Below are positions 11,198 through 20,560 of a stretch of DNA of 64,000 bases, piece by piece. The stretch is from Myxococcota bacterium (GTDB lineage: Bacteria > Myxococcota > XYA12-FULL-58-9 > JALHOP01). The DNA is taken from positions 77,592-141,591 of the forward strand of contig JALHOP010000007.1 in the NCBI GenBank assembly GCA_022842935.1, given 5' to 3'. The stretch's first letter is position 1. Each line of letters opens with the position of its first letter. The position numbers were made by a program, and so were the translations under genes. The notes beneath the pieces are model-generated. The model had not been told where the DNA came from. It worked only from the letters and a program-made list of their open reading frames with translations, and did not search any database.

Positions 11198-12007
11198 TCA
11201 CCGACGGGTTGCCGTCCTTCGGCGCAGCTCGCGCAAGCGCTCGTAGATGCGGCGGGCCTGGGGTGGGTCGATGTCGAGCGGGTTGTCGCGTCTGTTGCGA
11301 TATGCTTCGCGAAGCGCGTCGCGCACACCGTCCCGGGCGACCGGGCTTGCTCCGTCGCTTTCGCGTGCGCGTCGCCAGGCGTTGCGGAGCCGATCTAGCC
11401 CATCGCGCTCGAAGAGATCGCGCGGCTGCTGGACGCTGATGCGTCCCCGCAAGGCGTCGAAGGCGGCGCTGTCGAGCATGGCGCGCTCGATCCTGCTGCC
11501 AATCACCACAGCGCGTTCCGATGCCCCTACGAGTGCGCGCTCACCGCTCGCGCTCGCGACCTCGACGGCGCCGGCTTCAACGCTGATAGTGGTTTCGTCG
11601 CCGTCCACTTCGCTGAAGAACGACGTGCCGCGAACTCCAGCCACGGCGTTGACGGTCGTGACCTCGACCGTGTTGCCATCGAAGAGCGAGCTCACGCGGG
11701 CCCACAGACGGCCGGTGAGTAAGCGCAGCGAGGTGCTGCCCTCGCGAGCGGCTGGTTGCAGACGTAGCTCGGCGCGAGCACCCAACTCGATCACCGCTTG
11801 GTCATCGACGAGAAGGCGCGCTTGGCTGCCGTCACCGACGCGTATGAGATCGCCATCGCGGAGCGTGTCTCCCCGTACGAGCGAGATGCTCTCGCCATTC
11901 GCGCTGACGCGCGCGACCTCACCATGAGCCTCGACGACGCGAGCCGTGCTAGCACTCGCGAGTTGCGTCATGAACAGCACCGTTAGGGCGACGAGTGCAC
12001 GCATCAA
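11198..12007 (-). CDS. FecR-domain secreted protein
   Basis: Signal peptide (MMRALVALTVLFMTQLASAS). FecR-like core (GRLWARVSSLFDGNTVEVTTVNAVAGVRGTSFFSEV). Its start overlaps the upstream gene's stop. Confidence 0.65.
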   Translation of the reverse strand: MMRALVALTVLFMTQLASASTARVVEAHGEVARVSANGESISLVRGDTLRDGDLIRVGDGSQARLLVDDQAVIELGARAELRLQPAAREGSTSLRLLTGRLWARVSSLFDGNTVEVTTVNAVAGVRGTSFFSEVDGDETTISVEAGAVEVASASGERALVGASERAVVIGSRIERAMLDSAAFDALRGRISVQQPRDLFERDGLDRLRNAWRRARESDGASPVARDGVRDALREAYRNRRDNPLDIDPPQARRIYERLRELRRRTATRR

Positions 12008-13212
12008 AGGCTCCCCGTGAGCGTGAGGCGGACGATATGGCGCGCGTAGCGAAAGTTATCGGCGGTCGAGCCGTTGTGCGTGAAAGCGTACCCCGCCGCG
12101 ACGCCGAAGTGTTTGCTGAAATCGTAGGCCAGGTCGACCGAGGGTGACAGCCGCGTGTCCACGCGTCCCGTGGTCGCGTCGTCGTACCACCGACGGGTGA
12201 ACGAGACCGCGGCCGTTAGCTCGAAGTCGCCGACGCGTCCTCGTCCATACGCGCTCGCCTCGATGCCTCTCTGGCGCTGCTCGAGACCCTGCGCACGCTC
12301 GGCTATGTATCCGCCACGTGCGAGGTACGACCAGCGGCCAACGCGGTCGTCGCTCACCACGCCTCCGCCATAGAGCTTAGCGTCGCGGTCGAAGGGCTCA
12401 TCTTCGAGGTTGCCGGCAGCGTAGTTGCGCACGCCGCCGCGCGCGTAGATGCCTGGCCTCAGCGGTATGGCGTCGAGCTGGAGGTCCACGCGCGCCGTTC
12501 CTTCGCTGGTGAAGACTTCGTTGACCAAGCTCGAGGTGACGATGGTGCCGGAGAGATCGGCGGTCAACGCCAACGGACCAACGGTGTCGCCGAGGCTCGC
12601 GACGGCGCTCGCGATACCGTAGTCGTAGTCCTCGAGAGCGTCACGGTCGTTGACGTGGCGCGCGAGTTGGGCGACGACGCCGAGCTCGAGGATGTCGACG
12701 GGTTGCCATCCGAGCGTGCTATCGAGCACCAAGCGCGTCCCGGCCTCTTGCGCGCCTTCGCTGTCTGGCAGCAACGTGACGTTGCTATCGCGCTCGGCGC
12801 CGACACGCGCATCGAGCGCTAACCGCCGACCCGTGTTTGCTTCAGCGAGCAGAGCGCGCAGCTCGGCGTCCTCTTCAGCGTCGAAGCGCGCAGCCGCGAG
12901 CGCACGTGATGCCTCGTTGCCGCGACCGGCTGCGAGCAGGGCGTAGACCTTGAGCCGGCGGCTCGCTTCGAAGTGGAGCTGCATGCCGAGCAGCGGCTGC
13001 AAGTCTTCGTTGGCAGGGTGCCTGTCTTCGAGGGCCAGGCGCGCGAGGTCGAAGGCGATGAGCTCGCTCGAAGGATCTTCGCGATGCGCCTGACGTAGGA
13101 GGATGAGGGCAAGAGCCTTGTCGCCGTCATCTTCGCTGAGCAGCGCGCGCGCGTGCAGGACCGCCGCGTTGGACCCAGCATCGGCGGCCACCGAATCGGG
13201 GACGACGAGCAA
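12004..13212 (-). CDS. TPR-containing putative outer-membrane beta-barrel protein (Slam/DUF560-like architecture)
   Basis: The N-terminal half is helical and TPR-like. The C-terminal half is rich in alternating hydrophobic beta-strand-like segments and Gly/Tyr. The ORF-track start is a TTG. The in-frame upstream sequence encodes a signal-peptide-like stretch but has no canonical start codon, so the start is uncertain. Confidence 0.4.
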   Translation of the reverse strand: MLVVPDSVAADAGSNAAVLHARALLSEDDGDKALALILLRQAHREDPSSELIAFDLARLALEDRHPANEDLQPLLGMQLHFEASRRLKVYALLAAGRGNEASRALAAARFDAEEDAELRALLAEANTGRRLALDARVGAERDSNVTLLPDSEGAQEAGTRLVLDSTLGWQPVDILELGVVAQLARHVNDRDALEDYDYGIASAVASLGDTVGPLALTADLSGTIVTSSLVNEVFTSEGTARVDLQLDAIPLRPGIYARGGVRNYAAGNLEDEPFDRDAKLYGGGVVSDDRVGRWSYLARGGYIAERAQGLEQRQRGIEASAYGRGRVGDFELTAAVSFTRRWYDDATTGRVDTRLSPSVDLAYDFSKHFGVAAGYAFTHNGSTADNFRYARHIVRLTLTGSL

Positions 13213-13392
13213 AATAGCTATGAAAACGGTGCGCTTGATGATGACGCCCCCGGTCCTTCAAGACGTTTAACCGGCGAAGAAGGCAAAAGGTTGCGCGACC
13301 CCACCGCCACCGCAACTTCTTGGCGCGCGCCCGGTTCAGGGGAGGGAAATGGCGGACCTCAATCGACGGCCGCAGAGAACAGGAGAGATGAC

Positions 13393-14466
13393 GTGAAGAT
13401 CAACGTATTGAGCCTTGCACTGATGGGCGCGCTGGCCGTGGCGCCGGCATGCGGTAGTGACGACAGCGTTAGCGAGACCCCGGAAGCAGCGTCGCTGCCG
13501 AGCGCCGAGATGATGAGCCTTGCGCTCGAGAGCAGCCAAAACGGCGCCGCGCTCACCGATGACCCGTCGCTGACCGACGCCATCGCCCAGGAGCTCGTCA
13601 GCCAGCTCGACGACGCCATCGCTTTGTTGCAGCCGCGTCTCGATGCGCTACGCGAAGGCGCGACACCAGTACGCGATGGCGAAGGCTGTGCGGTTTGGGA
13701 AAAGCGCCACGAGGGCGTGGCCTACAAGCTCAGGGCATGCCGTCGCGACGGCCGCGTCGACAATTACGCGTTCGTCTTGCTCGGTCGTCCCGCCGAATCG
13801 ACCTCCGATGATGACTACATTCGCTTGGTCGCGGGTCACGGTACAGCGCTTCCTCGCTTCGACGGCGGCCGTCGTGGCTTCGGGGTCGTCGGCTACAACT
13901 TCACGGGTTTGAATCGTCTCCGCGGGAGCGGACCGGTGGGCGAGGTCGCTATCGGCTACCGCGTCGCCGGGCGGGCTCGCTCGCTCAGTGCCGCCTACAA
14001 TGACTTCGCGGCGAGCGACGATCGCGAGACCCATTCGGCCCGCCTGTCTTACCTGCACGTGTCGGGGCGTGGTGGTCGCATCGTCTTCGGTGTTGGCGCC
14101 GACGTCATTGCCCCCGGTGAAACCGATGGCACCTACGTCATTGGTCAGGACGAGCAGAATGAGCGCGTGCGCCTCGCCCTTGCCTGGGCGCGCGGGGTTG
14201 GTGCCAGAGTTACTGGCGTTGCGTGCGGCGGCACAGTCGGTGATGACTGCATCGCCATTGCGCAGTGCTACAGCTTCAACACCGCAGTGACCTTCGAGGA
14301 CGTTCGTGCGGGCAATACGCGGGCGTTCGAAGAACGTGACTGCCCGCGCCTCGAGATCGACCTGCCGCCGGCGCCCAGCGAAGACGAGATCAGCGGTGGT
14401 CTCGACACCGACGAGCTCGTACCAGGCTGGGACGTCGCTGTGCCGGTCGCGAACGACGCCGAGTGA
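13393..14466 (+). CDS. hypothetical lipoprotein (GTG start)
   Basis: Shine-Dalgarno AGGAGAG sits 5 nt upstream of a GTG. Signal peptide with lipobox (LAVAPAC). The ORF-track ORF extends further 5' but has no signal peptide there. Confidence 0.6.
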   Translation: MKINVLSLALMGALAVAPACGSDDSVSETPEAASLPSAEMMSLALESSQNGAALTDDPSLTDAIAQELVSQLDDAIALLQPRLDALREGATPVRDGEGCAVWEKRHEGVAYKLRACRRDGRVDNYAFVLLGRPAESTSDDDYIRLVAGHGTALPRFDGGRRGFGVVGYNFTGLNRLRGSGPVGEVAIGYRVAGRARSLSAAYNDFAASDDRETHSARLSYLHVSGRGGRIVFGVGADVIAPGETDGTYVIGQDEQNERVRLALAWARGVGARVTGVACGGTVGDDCIAIAQCYSFNTAVTFEDVRAGNTRAFEERDCPRLEIDLPPAPSEDEISGGLDTDELVPGWDVAVPVANDAE

Positions 14467-14482
14467 AGCTAGTTTGAGGTTC

Positions 14483-15127
14483 TCAAACGTCGGCCGGTGG
14501 CACTTCAGCGCCACTGGCCGATGTGTCCGTTTCAAGGGACGCGATGGCCACCTGGGCTGGGCGTAGCAAGCGATCGTGAATCGTGTAGCCGCGCTGTATC
14601 TGAGCGACGACGCTGCCCGGCTCGGCGCCTGGGCTTGCGACCTGGCTCAGGGCCTCGTGGCGCTCTGGATCGAAGGGCTGGCCAACCGATTCGAAGCCCT
14701 TCACCCCGAACTGACCAAGGACATCGAGGAGCTGCTTGGCGACCATGCGTACGCCGTCGACCACTGGGTCTCCACCCTTGGCGTGCTGCAGGGCCCGCTC
14801 GAGGTTGTCGACGACGGGCAAGATGTCGCGCGCGAGACGCTCCATGCCCATTTTGCGCGCCTCTTCGACCTCGCGGTGGGAGCGCTTGCGCAGATTCTCG
14901 AAGTCCGCTCCGAGGCGGAGCATTTGATCGCGCATGGTGGCCATCTCGGCAGTCTTCGCCTCGAGGGCTTTCCGAGCTTCCGCGAGCTCGGCGCTTGCGG
15001 TCGAGTCGGCAACGGTGGGCTCTTCGATCATCTCACCCGCGGCTTCACGCTCGCGGGTCTCTACGGATTCCAAAGCGTCTTGCATGGCGCGGTCCAGGTC
15101 GTTCGAAGCGTTGCGCTTGCTGCTCAT
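14483..15127 (-). CDS. grpE: nucleotide exchange factor GrpE
   Basis: GrpE hallmark RLGADFENLRKR and a C-terminal beta-domain. Immediately downstream of hrcA, as in many bacteria. Confidence 0.9.
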   Translation of the reverse strand: MSSKRNASNDLDRAMQDALESVETREREAAGEMIEEPTVADSTASAELAEARKALEAKTAEMATMRDQMLRLGADFENLRKRSHREVEEARKMGMERLARDILPVVDNLERALQHAKGGDPVVDGVRMVAKQLLDVLGQFGVKGFESVGQPFDPERHEALSQVASPGAEPGSVVAQIQRGYTIHDRLLRPAQVAIASLETDTSASGAEVPPADV

Positions 15128-16231
15128 TCAGATTCGTTCCCAGTACTTGCTCAGAAGCTGTGATGCATAGTCGACGAGCGCAACCAGGCGACCGTAGTCC
15201 ATGCGACGAGGCCCTAGAATACTCACGGTAGCCTGCTCACCGGAAGGACCAGCGATCGATCGACCGACGAACGACACCTCGAGCATGTCGCTCATGTCGA
15301 GCTCGGATGCGAGCACGACCTTGGCACCAGGGTCTTCTCCAGCCGCTTTAGCGGTGGCCGGAACTTCGATGAGCTTGTCGAGCAGACCCAAGAGCGCCGC
15401 CTTGTCCTCGATGGCGTGAACGAGGCTGCGGAGCTTGGCGACATCGGCAAACTCGGGCTGCTCGATAAGCTGCGCGGTCCCTTCCACGACGAGCGACGGC
15501 TCGGGTGTGGGGATGGCCTGCTGACCGATGGCGTAGGCGCGTTGCTTGAGCAGGTCGAGCTCGCTCTGCGCCTCGGTGAGCTCGCGCGCGATGAGCGTGC
15601 GCACCTCGTCGAGCGAGCGCCCGGCCAAGCGCTCGTTGAGGAAGTTCTGGATACGCATGAGCTCGTCCGGCGTCAGGTCGAAGTCGACCTCGACGAGCTT
15701 TTGCTGGATGAGACCAGCCAGCGACACGAAGAAGGCGATGAAGCGACCTGGGTTCACGCGGACCAACCCGATCTCGCGGAAACGCCCGCCGATGAAGCTT
15801 GGCATCACGATGAGAGCGACTTGGCCCGAGAGCCCAGCCAGGCTCTGACCCAAGGCGGTTGGTAGGGTCGAGGGCGCGGCGACAGCGGCGACCTCGTCGA
15901 GGCGCGTGCGATCCCAGGGCCGCAACTTCGGGCTCATGAGGTCATCGAGATAGAGTCGCAGACCTTTTTCGGTCGGGATACGCCCGGCACTCGTGTGCGG
16001 CTGCGCGAGGTAACCTCCCGCCTCGAGCTCGGCCATGACGTTGCGGATGGTCGCGGGGGACCACGACATCGCATGCCGCTCGCGGGCATTCCTCGCCGTC
16101 GACAGCAAATCGAGCTGCCTGGCGACCACCGCAGAGCTTACGGGCTGCGCATCATCGATGTAGGCCTCGATGACCACCCGCAACACCGCGCGTTTGCGGA
16201 CATCCAGCTCCATGTCGACACACGACTCCAA
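15128..16231 (-). CDS. hrcA: heat-inducible transcriptional repressor HrcA
   Basis: N-terminal winged HTH (VLRVVIEAYIDDAQPVSSAVVARQL) and an HrcA C-terminal domain. Start may be at the internal MELD, 6 codons into the ORF. Confidence 0.85.
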   Translation of the reverse strand: MESCVDMELDVRKRAVLRVVIEAYIDDAQPVSSAVVARQLDLLSTARNARERHAMSWSPATIRNVMAELEAGGYLAQPHTSAGRIPTEKGLRLYLDDLMSPKLRPWDRTRLDEVAAVAAPSTLPTALGQSLAGLSGQVALIVMPSFIGGRFREIGLVRVNPGRFIAFFVSLAGLIQQKLVEVDFDLTPDELMRIQNFLNERLAGRSLDEVRTLIARELTEAQSELDLLKQRAYAIGQQAIPTPEPSLVVEGTAQLIEQPEFADVAKLRSLVHAIEDKAALLGLLDKLIEVPATAKAAGEDPGAKVVLASELDMSDMLEVSFVGRSIAGPSGEQATVSILGPRRMDYGRLVALVDYASQLLSKYWERI

Positions 16232-16452
16232 AGGGACAATTAAGGAGGCGCTTACGAGGTGTCAAGCAGCCTGACGCGGTGCGATACGGGGATCGTCGTT
16301 CGTGCGTCGACGACGCGTGTTGCCTAGCCACATTGCCCATGACTGCTTTAATTAGACAGTTGTAGGCGCGTCTGCCGGGAATTCACTTGGCCGCCGCGAA
16401 AAGCCTCTGCTACGCTCAACGTTGTAGGGCCTGGAAGTTCAAGGAGCTTGGC

Positions 16453-17706
16453 GTGCCGCGCAAAGATTTTCAGGGTGGACAGCTCACCTGCTCGTTTTGC
16501 GGCAAAAGTCAGCGTGAAGTCCGCAAGCTGATCGCTGGCCCGACCGTCTACATCTGCGACGAGTGCATCCGACTGTGCACTGAGATCATCGAAGAAGAGA
16601 GTGAACGCGAGAACGGCGAACGCCGGCCGCAGAAGCTCCCGACGCCCCAAGAAATCGCCGAGCACCTCGACCAATACGTGGTCGGCCAGACGCGCGCGAA
16701 GAAGATCCTCGCCGTCGCGGTCTACAATCACTACAAGCGCATCGAGTCGAAGGCGAAGGGCAACGACGACGGCATCGAGCTGTCGAAGTCCAATGTCTTG
16801 ATGATCGGTCCTACCGGCACCGGCAAGACGCTGCTCGCGCAAACCTTGGCGCGTATGCTCGACGTGCCGTTCACCATCGCGGACGCGACGACGCTGACCG
16901 AAGCTGGCTACGTCGGCGAAGACGTCGAGAACATCATCGCAAACCTCCTGGTTGCCGCCGACAACGATGTCGAGCGCGCACAGAAGGGCATCGTCTACAT
17001 CGACGAGATCGACAAGATCGCTCGCAAGGGCGAGTCGCCGTCGATGACGCGCGACGTGTCAGGTGAGGGTGTGCAGCAGGCGCTCCTCAAGATCATCGAA
17101 GGCACCCGTGCCAACGTCGCGCCGCGCGGTTCGAAGAAGTACGGGCAGTCCGAGATGATCCCGGTCGACACGGCGAACATCTTGTTCATCTGCGGCGGCA
17201 GCTTCACCGGCATCGAACAAGTCGTACAACGCCGTATTGGTCGGCGTGGGTTGGGCTTCGGCGCCGAGATCACCCGCAAGGAAGACCGTCGTCTCGGCGA
17301 AATTCTCCGCGAGGTCGAGCCGGAAGATCTGACGAAGTTCGGTCTCATCCCCGAGTTCGTGGGCCGCTTGCCGGTCATCGCCACGCTCGACGATCTCGAC
17401 GAGGCTGACCTCAAGCGCATCCTCACCGAGCCCAAAAACGCGCTCGTGCGTCAGTACCAGAAGCTCTTCGCGATGGAGCGCGTGGAGCTGGTGTTCGACG
17501 ATCCCGCGATCCACGCGGTCGCCAAAGAGGCGATCCGCTCGAACAGCGGCGCCCGCGGCCTGCGCACCATTCTCGAGAGCGCCATGCTCGACATCATGTA
17601 CGAGGTGCCGTTCCTCGATGGCATCAAGCGCTGCAAGATCACGGAAGACGTGGTCAACAAGAAGGGCGAGCCTGAGCTCGCGTTCGAAGCCAAGAAGTCT
17701 GCCTAG
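16453..17706 (+). CDS. clpX: ATP-dependent Clp protease ATP-binding subunit ClpX
   Basis: Zinc-binding CSFCGK...CDEC motif and Walker A GPTGTGKT. Start taken at an in-frame GTG preceded by AAGGAG with a 6-nt spacer. This gives the same N-terminal spacing before the C4 zinc motif as characterised ClpX proteins. The ORF-track start lies 22 codons upstream. Confidence 0.9.
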   Translation: MPRKDFQGGQLTCSFCGKSQREVRKLIAGPTVYICDECIRLCTEIIEEESERENGERRPQKLPTPQEIAEHLDQYVVGQTRAKKILAVAVYNHYKRIESKAKGNDDGIELSKSNVLMIGPTGTGKTLLAQTLARMLDVPFTIADATTLTEAGYVGEDVENIIANLLVAADNDVERAQKGIVYIDEIDKIARKGESPSMTRDVSGEGVQQALLKIIEGTRANVAPRGSKKYGQSEMIPVDTANILFICGGSFTGIEQVVQRRIGRRGLGFGAEITRKEDRRLGEILREVEPEDLTKFGLIPEFVGRLPVIATLDDLDEADLKRILTEPKNALVRQYQKLFAMERVELVFDDPAIHAVAKEAIRSNSGARGLRTILESAMLDIMYEVPFLDGIKRCKITEDVVNKKGEPELAFEAKKSA

Positions 17707-17707
17707 A

Positions 17708-17726
17708 CCGGCGAGGGGCCGTTTTT
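17708..17726 (+). terminator. weak intrinsic-terminator-like hairpin plus T5 immediately after the clpX stop
   Basis: CCGGCGAGGGGCCG forms a 4-bp GC stem with a GAGGG loop and is followed by TTTTT. It lies between convergent clpX and the 17801..19420 gene. Confidence 0.3.
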
Positions 17727-17732
17727 CGTCGT

Positions 17733-17770
17733 CGCGTTGCGCTCCTCGGTTTGGGGGACGCGACCCCCAA
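17733..17770. repeat. solitary copy of the 38-bp hairpin core (CGCGTTGCGCTCCTCGGTTTGGGGGACGCGACCCCCAA) also found in the tandem array at 19.74-19.93 kb
   Basis: Exact 38/38 identity to the three array cores. Contains an 8-bp perfect stem, TTTGGGGG / CCCCCAAA, around an ACGCGA loop. Confidence 0.7.
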
Positions 17771-17800
17771 GGGCTAGACTGGCGCCTCTTCTTCGCTCTT

Positions 17801-19420
17801 TCAACCGCGGTGCAGAGGGACGGGCTCGCCGTCGAGTCGAACTTCCCAGCTATCTTCGAGGGCGTACTGCGCGCGGACGCGCGCAAGCGAAACGTCGCGA
17901 CCAAGCACCGCGCTCAGCGCTGTCGCGAGCGACCGCACGTAGATATTGATCTCGGCGGTCGGTATGTCGGTCACGAAGGAGAGCGAGCTCACCCTGTCGC
18001 CTCTACACACCCCGTCGACGTGCGACAGGAAACCGACGAGATGCCGCGCCACGTCGGTCGCTTCGCCGAAGCGCCCAGGGAAACCGTCGACGAACGCCTC
18101 GACGATGGCGTCGTAAGCCGGCGTCGCTAAGTCGTGGTCCGCGCCGCGTAGGCCTGCTGCGATATCGAGGTCACCGAGTAAAGCGCGTCGAGGCTGGGGT
18201 AACCACTCCACACCCACTTGCTGAGCCGCTCTCTGAGCCCTGGCGATCGCTTCAGCTCGGTCGCGCACACCCTGAACGGAGACCCAGGCGTCGAGCAAGC
18301 TCGTGAAGCGCTCTGGCGTGAGGTTCCCGCGCTCGGTGTGCAGCACGAGACGCTCGGGGATCGACGAAAACGGTCTCTTCTCGACGTCGTGGACGACGGC
18401 TTCGCAGTCCTTGGCGAGGGCTTGCTGGATGGCCTCGCGCGCGCTGTCTCCCAGCGACCGCGTCTCAGCCCCAAGCGATGGAGTGAAGAGGGCGTTCACC
18501 TTGTCCTCGAGCTCGTTGAGGCAGCGACGCTCGCCCTTGTAAGCCAAGATCTGGGCGCCCCGCCCCAGAGACGCGACGATGGACGCGTCACTCGCCCCAC
18601 TCTGTCGCAACACGGCCAGCAACTCGACGGAGCCCGCGATGCCGTGGTCGCGATTGGCCGAGTTCGTCCAGTCAATCCGCGCCGCGACCGAGTCAGCTGC
18701 GGCACGACGCTCGACGCCGGTCACCTCGAGGTCGTAGCCGTCGAACTGGCTCATGCTCGTCCGGTAGTCCCGAACGGGGTCGTCACTCGCGGAAGGCGCG
18801 GTCGAGAGGGCTTGCAGGTAGGCGACCTTCGCCGCCTGGGCGAAGTCGTCGACACCAATGACGCCGTGGGCGAGCAGGTGCTCGAGCACCTCGAGGTTTT
18901 GCGGCAGTTTCGCCAGTCCTTCCCGCACCGCCTCCGCGACCTCGATCGTCGTCGGTGCGTAGTAGGGGTGCGTGCGCCGCACCATGGCATTGGCATCTTC
19001 GAGCTTTCCGCTCCTGAGCGTCTCGAGGTGAGCGTCGCGCAGCGCTTCGCGAAGCTGGGTGGTGTCGAGCTTGCCGGCGCCGAGCGCCTTGGTGATTGCA
19101 GCGTTGTCGGCGTAGCGGGGCTCGGTGCCGAGCGCGCGTCTCCAGCCCACACGCATCGCCGCGTCGACGCCGGCCATGATGGCATCGCGTGAACGCCCCT
19201 TGAGCGCGAGAGTAGCTCCGAGCTCCACCTCGGCGATGCGCTCGAGCACAACGCGGAGGGCACGGGCTGTCGGTTTGCCGTCAACAAGCGGGATGTCACC
19301 TTGTTGAGCGATGACCGCCAGGGCGCTGGCGCCGAGCTTGGGCTCCCGCGCTTCAGCCGCGGAGCCGCCGAGCTCGAAGTAACGATCAACGAGGCTGGTC
19401 AGCGTCGTACGGGAGATCAT
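17801..19420 (-). CDS. hypothetical protein (539 aa)
   Basis: Long ORF with no signal peptide and no recognised motif. Its 3' end has a truncated paralogue at 19604-19740. Confidence 0.5.
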   Translation of the reverse strand: MISRTTLTSLVDRYFELGGSAAEAREPKLGASALAVIAQQGDIPLVDGKPTARALRVVLERIAEVELGATLALKGRSRDAIMAGVDAAMRVGWRRALGTEPRYADNAAITKALGAGKLDTTQLREALRDAHLETLRSGKLEDANAMVRRTHPYYAPTTIEVAEAVREGLAKLPQNLEVLEHLLAHGVIGVDDFAQAAKVAYLQALSTAPSASDDPVRDYRTSMSQFDGYDLEVTGVERRAAADSVAARIDWTNSANRDHGIAGSVELLAVLRQSGASDASIVASLGRGAQILAYKGERRCLNELEDKVNALFTPSLGAETRSLGDSAREAIQQALAKDCEAVVHDVEKRPFSSIPERLVLHTERGNLTPERFTSLLDAWVSVQGVRDRAEAIARAQRAAQQVGVEWLPQPRRALLGDLDIAAGLRGADHDLATPAYDAIVEAFVDGFPGRFGEATDVARHLVGFLSHVDGVCRGDRVSSLSFVTDIPTAEINIYVRSLATALSAVLGRDVSLARVRAQYALEDSWEVRLDGEPVPLHRG

Positions 19421-19736
19421 GGAGCCTCGAGCGGGAGACGAAAGAAAACCGCAGGTTCACCCGTTCTGTTTCGAGTATCGGCTCGCCGGGGGGGACGTTG
19501 TCAGGCGCCAACCTGACACCGTTTCAGATCCTGGACGCATAGGATGGGAAATTCGGGCCAGGCAACGAGAGCGTAAAGGCGCGCTCTTCGCGAGCTTGAA
19601 GAGCTAGACCGGCGCGTCTTTTTCGTTGTTGCCCTCGGCGACCTCGAGGACGGTCTCGTCGCCCTTCACATCGACCCGCACCTGGCCGCTGCCCTGGAGG
19701 AGCTTGCCGAAGAGGATCTCGTCGGCGAGCGGCCGG

Positions 19737-19930
19737 CGCCTTGGCATCGCGTTGCGCTCCTCGGTTTGGGGGACGCGACCCCCAAAAGAGCCTCGCATTT
19801 TTCGCGACCGCCTTGGCATCGCGTTGCGCTCCTCGGTTTGGGGGACGCGACCCCCAAAAGAGCCTCGCATTTTGCGCGACCGCCCTGGCATCGCGTTGCG
19901 CTCCTCGGTTTGGGGGACGCGACCCCCAAA
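19737..19930. repeat. tandem direct repeat of three 72-bp units, each with a 38-bp hairpin core
   Basis: Cores at 19747-19784, 19819-19856 and 19891-19928 are identical. The linkers are near-identical (AAAGAGCCTCGCATTTT[T/G]CGCGACCGCCTTGGCAT). The ORF-track ORFs crossing this region merely translate the repeat. Confidence 0.75.
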
Positions 19931-20560
19931 CCTCCGGTGCCCGCTCAGCCAAGGCTGTGCACTGCTCGGTCACCCCGGGGTGGTGAGCAATTTCAGCCAG
20001 TTCGGATACCTCGCCGTGTACGACGTGGCATGGCTTCGCCAATTGTTGCTCGTGAGTCCCATTCGCCTGTTGTCACCGAGCCGACGGCCGCGCAGCCTGC
20101 GCCACCAGAGGCCGCCGAGAAGCTCACCACCGACGACAAGTTGTGCGTCCTTGGTGGCGTCATGGGCCTGCTTTTCCTTTCGGCGGGTGGGGTCAACGAA
20201 GGTGCCCACATGCTCCAGCAGTCGTGCAGCGGTCGGGCTGCCTCTGGGCTTACTCCGGGGCAAGGTGGTGTCGCCGTGCGTGGTAGGCGCTGAGCGTCGC
20301 GTTCGACACAACGGACGAAGTAGTGGGTGAGCTCCCCGTTGCGACCGTAGAATTGGATCATGCGAGGCACCCCGCGTTGTCCGCGACCGCGTGGTACGAG
20401 CCCACCCCGCTCCAGGGTCGCAGCCGCGTTTGTCGAAAGACGCATCGGGAGAACACGTGGAGCCGGGCGGTGGGGGGCTTGGGTGGCCGGCTGCGGGGGT
20501 TTCCCGGGCGTCGGTGAAAAGCTACCTCGGGTTTGCAAGATCGACGCAAACAGCGCTTAA

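Noticed and set aside
10652-11439. Plus-strand ORFs antisense to the ECF sigma and FecR genes
   Set aside because: Overlap strongly supported minus-strand genes. Arg/Ala-rich nonsense translation.
16232-16452. CIRCE (HrcA operator) upstream of hrcA or clpX
   Set aside because: I searched by eye for TTAGCACTC / GAGTGCTAA-like half-sites and found none here or upstream of dnaK. Recorded as a negative result rather than a feature.
19737-19930. Possible CRISPR array
   Set aside because: Only three units, the inter-core segments are identical to each other rather than unique spacers, and there are no cas genes in the window.
19524-20330. ORFs of 172 aa (-), 234 aa (+) and 175 aa (+) spanning the tandem-repeat array
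   Set aside because: Their translations are simply the 72-bp repeat read in different frames (WGSRPPNRGAQRD..., GDATPKRASHF...). No start context, no homology.
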